From NCBI RefSeq assembly GCF_000186885.1, contig NC_014972.1, positions 3,660,001 to 3,692,000 of the forward strand: a stretch of 32,000 nt of DNA. The letters run 5' to 3'. A model generated the notes under the pieces. It saw only the letters and a list, made by a program, of their open reading frames with translations. It was not told where the DNA came from and ran no database searches. Positions 8,806 to 16,958 of this stretch are shown in pieces. This DNA comes from Desulfobulbus propionicus DSM 2032. GTDB lineage: Bacteria > Desulfobacterota > Desulfobulbia > Desulfobulbales > Desulfobulbaceae. The translations under genes and the position numbers were made by a program. The stretch's first letter is position 1, and each line of letters begins with the position of its first letter.

Positions 8806-10224
8806 ATGAACGACGAATTTTTCAGCCATTTCCCCGACATTGCGGTCGGCAACCTGCTCGACTCGATCCCCCATGGAATTGCGGTGATCGACCGGGAACT
8901 GAAGATCGTGGTGATCAATGAATTTCTCGAAGCGCTCACCGGTCTTGCCCTGGCTGACGTCAAAGGGGTGTATATCGATTTTGTCCTTCGCTCCAACATT
9001 GCCCATCGCGGTCGGACCTTTCGCGAAGTTCTGGCCAGTGGCGAGCCGCTGGTGATCGAAGGAGACATTGTCAGTCGCGATCGCCGTAAGCTGCCGATGC
9101 AGTTCACCATCTCCCCCCTGCGCGGCAGCGGAGAGGAAACAGTCGGCCTGGTCATCGTGCTCGATGATCTATCAGCGGTGGTCGCCTCCGCCGGATTGGG
9201 CTCGGACCAGGACGTAACTGACTCGATCATCGGTCAGAGCCCCAAAATGCGCGAAGTTTTTGAATTGATCCCCCTCATGGCCCACACCGAGGCCTCGGTG
9301 CTGATCACCGGCGAGACCGGCACCGGCAAGGACAAGGTGGCCGAGGCCATCCACAAGCGCTCCAACCGGGCGGGCAAACCCTTCATCAAAATCAACTGCG
9401 GCGCCCTGCCCGAATCGTTGCTTGAATCCGAACTGTTCGGGTACGTCAAGGGCGCCTTCACCGGCGCGGTCAAAGACAAACCAGGCATGTTCCGCCTCGC
9501 CCAGGGCGGCACCCTGTTTCTCACCGAGATCGGCGACATGCCCCTGCCGCTCCAGGTCAAACTGCTGTCGGTCCTCGATGACCGGGAATTCTTTCCCCTG
9601 GGCGGCGATAAAAAAATCAAGGTCGATGTCCGCATCATCGCCGCGACCCACCGGCCCCTCAAACAGCGGGTGGCGGCCGGTGAGTTCCGCGAGGATCTTT
9701 ATTATCGGCTCAACGTTCTTCACCTCCACCTGCCGCCGCTGCGGGAACGGGAATCGGACACCCGCTTCCTGCTCAATCACTTCCTCCGGCTCTTTGCCGA
9801 GCGTTCTGGCAACAGCGCCAAGACCTTCAGCGACGAGGCCCTCCAACTCCTGATGGATTACCCGTATCCGGGCAATATCCGCGAGCTGCGCAACATCGTC
9901 GAGTACTGCGTCAACATCTGCCAGAATCACCGGATCGAGGTCGAGCATCTGCCCAAATACCTGTTCGCCCGGCTGACCCCGGTCACCCCACCCACACCGG
10001 TGACGCCCAGCCCGCAAGCCGTCGCGTCCCAACCGCAGGCTGTAGGCAAGGACTGGCTGGCCATCGAAAAGGAGCTGATCATCGACACTCTCACCCAGAC
10101 CCGGGGAAACCGTTCCAAGGCGGCGGAGATCCTCGGCTGGGGCCGCACCACGTTGTGGCGCAAACTCAAAACTCACGGCCTGGTGAGCTCCCAGGAGGCT
10201 GTCGCCGGCAAGGCGGAGGACTGA
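8806..10224 (+). CDS. sigma-54-dependent transcriptional activator (PAS sensor, AAA+ domain, Fis-type HTH)
   Basis: N-terminal PAS-like region (LLDSIPHGIAVIDRELKIVVIN...). AAA+ domain has Walker A GETGTGKD, GAFTGA, FREDLYYRLNV and PGNIRELRN. C-terminal HTH is GNRSKAAEILGWGRTTLWRKLK. Walker B reads TLFLTEIG instead of the usual TLFLDEIG. Confidence 0.92.
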   Translation: MNDEFFSHFPDIAVGNLLDSIPHGIAVIDRELKIVVINEFLEALTGLALADVKGVYIDFVLRSNIAHRGRTFREVLASGEPLVIEGDIVSRDRRKLPMQFTISPLRGSGEETVGLVIVLDDLSAVVASAGLGSDQDVTDSIIGQSPKMREVFELIPLMAHTEASVLITGETGTGKDKVAEAIHKRSNRAGKPFIKINCGALPESLLESELFGYVKGAFTGAVKDKPGMFRLAQGGTLFLTEIGDMPLPLQVKLLSVLDDREFFPLGGDKKIKVDVRIIAATHRPLKQRVAAGEFREDLYYRLNVLHLHLPPLRERESDTRFLLNHFLRLFAERSGNSAKTFSDEALQLLMDYPYPGNIRELRNIVEYCVNICQNHRIEVEHLPKYLFARLTPVTPPTPVTPSPQAVASQPQAVGKDWLAIEKELIIDTLTQTRGNRSKAAEILGWGRTTLWRKLKTHGLVSSQEAVAGKAED

Positions 10225-10431
10225 ACGCCCGACGAGAGACGCAATCTCCAGAGGGCCGGCCACAGGGAAGCACAGAACAGCTTTTCTCCTGTGCATCCTG
10301 TTGAAAACACTGTATGATGTTTCAATCATCCGCACAGTGCCGGGTAGCCGATGAGCAAGGTTCCTCACACCTCACCCGCGCCGTCGAGGATGCCCCCCTC
10401 CCAATGGAGCCAATGCCCAGAGGATCATTCC

Positions 10432-10866
10432 ATGGAACAGTCCCGCCAAAACATGATCGCCAAAAAGGTCAGCTGGTACGAGGCCATTGCCATTCTTTTC
10501 ATCATTGCCGTGACCTGGATCGATGAAATCCTCGACATTCCCTTCCTCATTCTCGGAGGCGAGGCCACGCCGATCAACTGGCGGGAATCTTTTTTTGAAA
10601 GCATCATCATCGGCATCATCGGCGCGGTGATCATCCGCCACACCTACAAATTGCTGCTCCGGGTCAGCTACCTGGAAAGCATCCTGCCGGTATGTGCGTC
10701 CTGCGGCAAAATCCGCATGGACTCGGAATTCTGGGAGGACATCAAACATTTCGTGCAAGAACGGGCCAAAACCGAGTTCACTCACGGCATCTGTCCGGAA
10801 TGCATAGAAAAATACTACCCGGAAATGCGACAAAAAAATAAGCATAGCGCCAACGGCAGCGAGTGA
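10432..10866 (+). CDS. small membrane protein with C-terminal four-cysteine (CxxC-x29-CxxC) putative metal-binding module
   Basis: 144 aa from ATG 10432, with AGAGGA 7 nt upstream. Two or three hydrophobic helices (AIAILFIIAVTWI, IIIGIIGAVII), then PVCASCGKIRMDSEFWEDIKHFVQERAKTEFTHGICPECIEKYYPE. The upstream in-frame extension to 10351 is Pro/Ser-rich and lacks an RBS. Confidence 0.7.
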   Translation: MEQSRQNMIAKKVSWYEAIAILFIIAVTWIDEILDIPFLILGGEATPINWRESFFESIIIGIIGAVIIRHTYKLLLRVSYLESILPVCASCGKIRMDSEFWEDIKHFVQERAKTEFTHGICPECIEKYYPEMRQKNKHSANGSE

Positions 10867-10927
10867 TCCCCATCGGCTGCACAAGCCGGCTGAGCCCGGA
10901 CCTTCTGTCTTTTCGCCCCCTGCGCCC

Positions 10928-11701
10928 ATGAACAACATCCGCGCCCTCTGCATCGCCGAACGATTCCAATTTGACGCGCTCTACGAATTCCTTTCCCGCC
11001 AGATGCATGCGTCGCTGATGCGCAACGTCATCGTTCTCAGTCCCGCTGAGGAAGTCTATGCCGTTCTCTTTGACTACGGCGTTTGCGTGCTGTTCCAGTA
11101 CGAGTACGAAGCGGAAAAGCGATTGATCGACCAACTGCTCAAGTTCGCGATCAACCCTTTGGACCCCTTTGTCGAGGAGGAATTGACCTATCAACACGGC
11201 ACCGACGAAGGGATCCGCATCCGCAACGACCTGATCGTGGTCGACGATGTCTCCGAGCTGACCTGCTTGTCTCTCAGCCATGCCTTGGCCCAATCGACCA
11301 AACTGGCCTCGTTCGAGGCCTCGATCGAGGACACGATCACCAAAACCAAATACATCCCCGAAACCCTGGCCCAAAAGGGGGCGATCTCCCTGTCCCGTAC
11401 CCAACTGGCCAGGGAGCGCGGCCGGGTCTATCTGGAAAAATCGCATATCATCCTGCAGTTCAACCTGCTGGATACCCCGGAATTCATTTGGGAGTATCCC
11501 GAGCTGGAACACTATTACCTCGCCCTTTCCCGTTATCTGGAAATCACACCGCGCGCCACGGTGCTGAAAAATCGGCTTGAGGTCATCCAGGAACTGCTGG
11601 AGATGATGGCCGACGAGCAGAAACACAGCCATTCGAGCATGCTGGAATGGATCATCATCATTCTCATCGCCATCGAGATCCTGCTCTTTTTCGTCAAGTA
11701 G
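10928..11701 (+). CDS. RMD1/DUF155 (YagE-like) family protein
   Basis: 257 aa. Has the family-typical N-terminal pattern (VLFDYGVCVLFQYEYEAEKRL), a central coiled region, and a single C-terminal transmembrane helix (WIIIILIAIEILLFFVK). Confidence 0.75.
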   Translation: MNNIRALCIAERFQFDALYEFLSRQMHASLMRNVIVLSPAEEVYAVLFDYGVCVLFQYEYEAEKRLIDQLLKFAINPLDPFVEEELTYQHGTDEGIRIRNDLIVVDDVSELTCLSLSHALAQSTKLASFEASIEDTITKTKYIPETLAQKGAISLSRTQLARERGRVYLEKSHIILQFNLLDTPEFIWEYPELEHYYLALSRYLEITPRATVLKNRLEVIQELLEMMADEQKHSHSSMLEWIIIILIAIEILLFFVK

Positions 11702-11829
11702 GGGAAACAGACGGAGAGCGGTGTGTCCAGAGTCCCTTTCCCTTTGCCTCGGCTCATGCCGATGATTATTCATAGTTCATACAAACAGTTCCCGCGTTGC
11801 CTGCCCTTTTCCTGACAAGGAGGATGCCC

Positions 11830-12732
11830 ATGAAGATACTGATCACCGGAGGAACCGGTTTTGTCGGTGCCGCCGTCAGCCGACGATTGTTGGAACAAGG
11901 ACATGAGGTCACGGTGCTGGGCAGCAGCCGCCATTGCCGGCTTGCCCCCCATCCCCAGCTTGCCTACGTTGCCGCCGACACGACCCGCCCGGGTGACTGG
12001 CAGCGGCGTGTGGCGGAGCAGGACGCGCTGATCAATCTCACCGGCCGCTCGGTCTTCAACCTCTGGACCGAATCCTATAAAAAGGCCATCTACGACAGCC
12101 GGATCCTGACCACCCGCAATCTGGTGGACGCCCTGCCGGCAACGGCCGAAACGGTGTTGCTGAGCACCTCGGCGGCCGGCTATTACGGCGACGGCGGCGA
12201 CGACGAGAAGACCGAAACCAGCGGTCCGGGACAGGACTTTCTCGCCCAGGTCTGCCTCGACTGGGAGACCGAGGCGGGGAAAGCGGCGAACAAGGGGGCA
12301 AGGGTGGTGCTGATGCGCTTCGGCGTGGTCCTGGGCAAGGGCGGTGGTGCCCTCGCCACAATGAAGACGCCGTTTCAGCTGGGGCTGGGTGGACCGATCG
12401 GCAGCGGTCAGCAATGGTTTCCCTGGATCCATCTTGACGATCTGGTCGGGGCCATGTGTTTCCTGCTCACCGCCGAGGAGTGCCGCGGTCCGTTCAACTT
12501 CACGGCCCCGCAGCCGGTGCGGCAGAAAGACTTTGCCCGCCAATTGGGCGCCGCCCTGCACCGTCCGGCCCTGCTGCCTACTCCGGCGTTCGTGATGAAG
12601 CTGGTTCTCGGTGAATTTGGCCGATCACTGCTCCAAGGACAAAAGGTGATCCCCCGGGCACTGACCGAAAACGGTTACCTGTTCACCTATCCCGAACTGC
12701 AGCCGGCCCTGCGGGAGATTGTCGGTGGCTGA
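11830..12732 (+). CDS. YfcH-type epimerase family protein (TIGR01777 / SDR39U1-like, with DUF1731-type C-terminus)
   Basis: ATG 11830 is preceded by AAGGAGG (11817-11823). Has MKILITGGTGFVG, YYG, the GSGQQWFPWIHLDD motif, and the C-terminal LLQGQKVIPRALTENGYLFTYPEL typical of this family. Confidence 0.85.
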   Translation: MKILITGGTGFVGAAVSRRLLEQGHEVTVLGSSRHCRLAPHPQLAYVAADTTRPGDWQRRVAEQDALINLTGRSVFNLWTESYKKAIYDSRILTTRNLVDALPATAETVLLSTSAAGYYGDGGDDEKTETSGPGQDFLAQVCLDWETEAGKAANKGARVVLMRFGVVLGKGGGALATMKTPFQLGLGGPIGSGQQWFPWIHLDDLVGAMCFLLTAEECRGPFNFTAPQPVRQKDFARQLGAALHRPALLPTPAFVMKLVLGEFGRSLLQGQKVIPRALTENGYLFTYPELQPALREIVGG

Positions 12733-14128
12733 GCACCGTTTCACCTACGCCTCGCACTTTCCCTGTACCGCCCGCGAACTGTACGATTGGCATGCCCGGC
12801 CCGGGGCGCTGGAGCGGTTGATCCCACCCTGGGAATCGACCCGGGTTCTGGAACGTACCGGCTCCCTCGATCCGGGTGGCCGGGTGGTGCTGGCCATGCA
12901 CGCCGGGCCGGTGCCCTACCGCTGGCACGCCCGCCACATCAACAATGTCCCGGGCCAGATGTTTCGCGATGTGCAAGAACGCGGTCCCTTTGCCCGTTGG
13001 ACCCACACGCACCGCTTTATCGATACAGCCAATGGCGCCCTGCTCGAGGATCGGATCGACTATGCCCTGCCCGGCCAGGCCCTGCTGCCCGGATTCACGG
13101 CAACAAGGGTCGACCAGACCCTGGAGCGGGTGTTTCGCTACCGTCATGCCACCCTGCGCGATGACCTGCTGCTCCACCAGCGTTGCAGCGCCCGGCCGTT
13201 GCGAGTACTGATCAGCGGTGCCAGCGGTGTGCTCGGTTCGGCCCTGCGGCCCCTGTTGACCACCGGCGGCCACGAGGTGTGGACCCTGGTGCGCCGGAGG
13301 CCTGACCGCAGCCGAGGTGAAATCCACTGGAATCCGGAAGACGGTCAACTCAACCTGACGGGCCTGCCCGCCTTTGACGGGGTCATCCATCTGGCCGGCG
13401 ACAATATCGGCGAGGGCCGCTGGACCACGGACAAAAAAAGGCGCGTGGTCGACAGCCGGGTGCAAGGTACCGGCCTGATCGCCCGCACCATCGCCGCTCT
13501 GCCGGTACGGCCCAAGGTCCTGCTCAGTGCCTCGGCGGTGGGATTCTACGGTAACTGTCTGGACTGTTGCATGCGCGAGGAAGCCCCGGCCGGCGCGGAT
13601 TTCATCTCCGATGTCTGCGCCCTGTGGGAGCAGTCGGCCCGACCGGCGGAAGAGGCCGGCATTCGTACCGTGTTCATGCGCATCGGCGTGGTGCTCAGCC
13701 CCCGGGGCGGAGCGCTCCGCCGACTGCTCGCCACCTCGCCGCTCGGCTTTTGCCGCCGTTTCGGCAGCGGCGAACAATACATCAGCTGGATCGGCATCAA
13801 CGACATGGTCGGCGCCGTCCTCCACGCCCTGAGCTGCGACAGCCTGATCGGTCCGGTCAATATCGCCGCGCCCCGACCGGTGACCAATGCCCTGCTGCTG
13901 CAGACCCTGGCCCGGGTGATGCATCGGCCCTTGCTGCCGCCGCTTCCCGCTGGGCTGCTGCACACCCTCTACGGCCAAATGGCCACCGAGGTCCTTCTCG
14001 GCGGATGCCGGGTATCAACTGACAAACTGCAGCGGTCCGGCTACCTCTTCCGGCATGCTGATCTGGAAACGGCCTTGCGCCATCTGCTCGGCAGGTGCAC
14101 GGACACGGCAAGGAGCGCCAGACCGTGA
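12725..14128 (+). CDS. SRPBCC (START/polyketide-cyclase-like) domain fused to a second YfcH-type SDR39U1-like domain
   Basis: The N-terminal ~150 aa (FPCTARELYDWHARPGALERLIPPWE...FRYRH) look like an SRPBCC ligand-binding domain. Then VLISGASGVLG, GFYG, FGSGEQYISWIGINDMV and LLGGCRVSTDKLQRSGYLFRHADL, paralogous to the upstream gene. The GTG 12725 start (GGGAG 7 nt upstream) overlaps the upstream stop; TTG 12719 is the alternative. Confidence 0.85.
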   Translation: MAEHRFTYASHFPCTARELYDWHARPGALERLIPPWESTRVLERTGSLDPGGRVVLAMHAGPVPYRWHARHINNVPGQMFRDVQERGPFARWTHTHRFIDTANGALLEDRIDYALPGQALLPGFTATRVDQTLERVFRYRHATLRDDLLLHQRCSARPLRVLISGASGVLGSALRPLLTTGGHEVWTLVRRRPDRSRGEIHWNPEDGQLNLTGLPAFDGVIHLAGDNIGEGRWTTDKKRRVVDSRVQGTGLIARTIAALPVRPKVLLSASAVGFYGNCLDCCMREEAPAGADFISDVCALWEQSARPAEEAGIRTVFMRIGVVLSPRGGALRRLLATSPLGFCRRFGSGEQYISWIGINDMVGAVLHALSCDSLIGPVNIAAPRPVTNALLLQTLARVMHRPLLPPLPAGLLHTLYGQMATEVLLGGCRVSTDKLQRSGYLFRHADLETALRHLLGRCTDTARSARP

Positions 14129-15282
14129 GCTGGCAATTAAAAACCATCCTCCTGATCATGATGACCACGGCCCTGGCCTGCGGATTCCTCCATCACCTGG
14201 TGCCGCCCTCGGTTCTCAATTTCGAGCGGCTGCATATCTTTCTCTTCAACCTGTGCAGCGGCGGCACCCTCCTGGTCTACTTTACCGAAGGGAAGCCATC
14301 GCTGTCCCATCGTGGCCAAGCGTTCCTGATCCTGGCCTTGGCCTTTGCCCTCTGTGCCTTTTTCCACTGGTATGTGCCGACCCTGATCATCCCCCTATTG
14401 CTGGCAGCCCTGATCGAACAGGTCCGCGTCGACCACTTCGGCAGCCGCTTTCCCCGAGCCCTTTTTTCCCCCCGCGAGCCGGTACCGCGCAAATTTCATC
14501 AGGCGGCCCTACTCTGCCTTTCCTTGGGGCTGAGCTTCTCCAGCCCGGTGATCCTCAACTCGGTCTACCTGCAGTGGTTTGCCATCGAGAAACTGAAGCT
14601 CGACACCTTTTTCCTTGGCTTCTCCTTTCCGATATCGCTGATTTCCATGTCGGTCATCTTCACCCTGATGAAGCGCGAGGCCGTCCGCCTGACCGCCCTG
14701 CTCAAGGAGGCTGCCTTCTGGATCATCAACCTTGGGGTAATCGTCTTTTTCGGCTTCATCCTTGCTGGCTTGTTCGCCTCCCAAGTGGCCATCGCCACCC
14801 TGCTGTTCTTGACCGTGGGCCTCATCCTGTACCTGTACTGGTACGAGGGCATGCCCTTGCAGCAGAAGGCCTTTCTCACCTCGGGGATTCTGTTTCTCCT
14901 CATCACCTCGATCACCGGCATCGCCTATATCCTGCTTTCCTTTTCCAGCTATTACACCCCGGAACACAGCGTTCCCCTGCTGCGGTTGCACGCCTTCACC
15001 GCCCTCTATGGCTGGAACCTGAGCGGCCTGGCGGTGATCAGCCGACACGGAGATTTCCCCCTCAAGCTGCATTCCCGGCCGGTGATACTCCTCCATTGGC
15101 TCACCGTACTGGTCCTTTGTCCCTTGGGATACTTTTTCCCGTGGGTCGCCATACTGGCGGTCCTTGCCTATGGGGGACTCCTGATCAGACTGTTTTTCAA
15201 CAAGGGGACGGTGGACCGGCAACTGACCGCTGTCCAGCAGGCGGCCCTGGCAACCGATCCCGCCGCAAACCGCACCAATTGA
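14125..15282 (+). CDS. polytopic integral membrane protein, unknown family (about 10 predicted helices)
   Basis: 385 aa from GTG 14125, forming a GTGA overlap with the upstream stop, with AGGAG at 14111-14115. Hydrophobic segments run throughout, and several conserved-looking His/Trp sit near helix ends (FLHHL, FFHWYVP, RLHAF, LLHWL). I recognise no family signature. The overlapping 449-aa ORF in another frame is Pro/Arg-rich and rejected. Confidence 0.75.
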   Translation: MSWQLKTILLIMMTTALACGFLHHLVPPSVLNFERLHIFLFNLCSGGTLLVYFTEGKPSLSHRGQAFLILALAFALCAFFHWYVPTLIIPLLLAALIEQVRVDHFGSRFPRALFSPREPVPRKFHQAALLCLSLGLSFSSPVILNSVYLQWFAIEKLKLDTFFLGFSFPISLISMSVIFTLMKREAVRLTALLKEAAFWIINLGVIVFFGFILAGLFASQVAIATLLFLTVGLILYLYWYEGMPLQQKAFLTSGILFLLITSITGIAYILLSFSSYYTPEHSVPLLRLHAFTALYGWNLSGLAVISRHGDFPLKLHSRPVILLHWLTVLVLCPLGYFFPWVAILAVLAYGGLLIRLFFNKGTVDRQLTAVQQAALATDPAANRTN

Positions 15283-15453
15283 CAGGGAAGCCGTTTTCGT
15301 CGGCGTCGACCGGATTGGGGTTCGCCCTTGCCGCACAATCTCTTCCAGGCGGCAAGGAAATCTGCTTGACAGGAATTTGGCCCGTTCGGTACACAGTTGA
15401 GTAGATACAATCTTCAACCCAAAAGCCTTGCCCGTATGATTCGAGAAGCCTCT

Positions 15454-16332
15454 ATGGTCCATCGTCGTCCCTCCTTGGCCAGCAGAATGCTTGTACTCCT
15501 GTTGCTATGCATCCCCTCACCATTGCCGGCCAAGGACACGGTCACATGGATGGAGGCGGTTTTTCCTCCTTTTTACATTCAAAGCGGCGCCAACCAAGAA
15601 CAGGGCTATGGCGACATAGTGACCGATATTCTCCAGGAACACCTGAGCGATTACGAGCATGAGGAGGTCATTACCAACATCACCCGCCATTTCTACAAAT
15701 TCAAGCAAGGGGAAAAGGTGTGCAGCGCGGGGCTCTACAAGACGGCGGAACGGGACGCATTCATGTATTTCTCCATACCCAGCTTCATCACCCTTCCACC
15801 GGTGCTGATCATCAAAAAGGAAAATATCGCCAACTTCGGCCATCAAACAACGGTCCCCTTGGCAGACGTACTGGCCAACAAAGGGTTGATGATTGGCCTG
15901 GCCAAGGATCGTTCCTACGGCAAAACCTTGGACGCCATTCTCGAGCAGCACAAAGGCCAGGGCAATCTGGTCGAATTCACCGGCCAGGAGCTTTCCTTCA
16001 ATCTCTTTCAAATGCTGTTGCGCAATCGCCTTGACGGCATCATCGGCCTGCCGGAAGAGGCCCTGTACCAAGCCGAGCAAATGGGCATCAGGGGTCAGGT
16101 GCTCACCCTGACCCTGGCGGAAAATTTGCAAAACTACGATGGATGGATGAGTTCGGTCGGATGTTCGAAAAACGCCTGGGGAAAGGAGATGATCGAGAAG
16201 ATCAACGCGATCCTCCTCGAACAGCGGCCCACAGAACGATACCGGGCCGCTTACGAACGGTGGCTCGATGCCGGCAGTATCGAGCAGTATCGCAAGGCGT
16301 ACAGCGAGGTTTTCCTCAAAACGCGCCCCTGA
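15454..16332 (+). CDS. periplasmic substrate-binding protein, family-3 (amino-acid-binding-like) fold, orphan
   Basis: Signal-peptide-like N-terminus MVHRRPSLASRMLVLLLLCIPSPLPAKD, and a type-II periplasmic binding protein-like pattern (PPFYI, FMYFSIP, D.IIG..E). No ABC permease or ATPase gene is adjacent. The start could also be ATG 15436. Confidence 0.7.
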   Translation: MVHRRPSLASRMLVLLLLCIPSPLPAKDTVTWMEAVFPPFYIQSGANQEQGYGDIVTDILQEHLSDYEHEEVITNITRHFYKFKQGEKVCSAGLYKTAERDAFMYFSIPSFITLPPVLIIKKENIANFGHQTTVPLADVLANKGLMIGLAKDRSYGKTLDAILEQHKGQGNLVEFTGQELSFNLFQMLLRNRLDGIIGLPEEALYQAEQMGIRGQVLTLTLAENLQNYDGWMSSVGCSKNAWGKEMIEKINAILLEQRPTERYRAAYERWLDAGSIEQYRKAYSEVFLKTRP

Positions 16333-16444
16333 GAATATTTTACTCTCGCCGCACGGCAAAAGCGTGCATGCACGGCTGCCCACTCATGCTTTTGCGCGAA
16401 CCGAATCACGGTTGATGGTGTTGACTTGGAAGGAGAACCGCTCC

Positions 16445-16909
16445 ATGGACAAGGAAAAACGGCAAAAATATTTCGTCAGCCGGCAGGACTCGGTCACGGT
16501 CAGATGCATTGCCTGTGGACAGATCAATGCCATGTCCGTTGCCGCGCTCCGTGGCAGGAAACATTCGCTCAAGGTCAACTGTCCCTGTGGCGAAGTCTTT
16601 TCCGTGGATCTCGAATTCCGCCAAGATTACCGGCAGGCAACCAATATTGCCGCTACCTTTCGCGCCCTCTCCACCCCTCTGGCCAGGGCGCGGCAATGCG
16701 TGGTCGCCGACCAGTCCAACGGTGGTCTCCTCCTGCTCATCGACGAGGGAGTGCCGATCAGACAGGATGACCGGATCATTGTCCGCTACCGTCCGGTCGC
16801 CGATTCGGATCATGAGGTGGAACGGATCATCAGGGTCCGCCACTATGATTGGGGCAGCCGCATCGGGGGGGCCTTCGTTGACGGTTCGCCGGCCACGGTT
16901 CTCCATTGA
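16445..16909 (+). CDS. PilZ-domain (c-di-GMP receptor) protein with N-terminal CxxC...CxC zinc-ribbon-like segment
   Basis: ATG 16445 has AGGAG 9 nt upstream. N-terminus VRCIACGQIN...KVNCPCGEVF, followed by the PilZ signature pair RQDYR (RxxxR) and DQSNGG (D/NxSxxG). Confidence 0.7.
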   Translation: MDKEKRQKYFVSRQDSVTVRCIACGQINAMSVAALRGRKHSLKVNCPCGEVFSVDLEFRQDYRQATNIAATFRALSTPLARARQCVVADQSNGGLLLLIDEGVPIRQDDRIIVRYRPVADSDHEVERIIRVRHYDWGSRIGGAFVDGSPATVLH

Positions 16910-16958
16910 TCGGCTTCGGTTGTCCTGACACGCCATATCCCGCGGACAGGCCTCTTCC

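Noticed and set aside
10301-10330. TTGAAA / TATGAT-like hexamers upstream of the CxxC membrane protein gene as a sigma-70 promoter
   Set aside because: The spacing between the hexamers is only 6 nt. The alternative -10 (AATCAT at 17-nt spacing) is poor.
14055-15404. 449-aa plus-strand ORF overlapping the membrane-protein gene in another frame
   Set aside because: It is Pro/Arg/Gly-rich with no hydrophobic periodicity. The 14125-15282 frame gives regular transmembrane helices and a coupled GTGA start.
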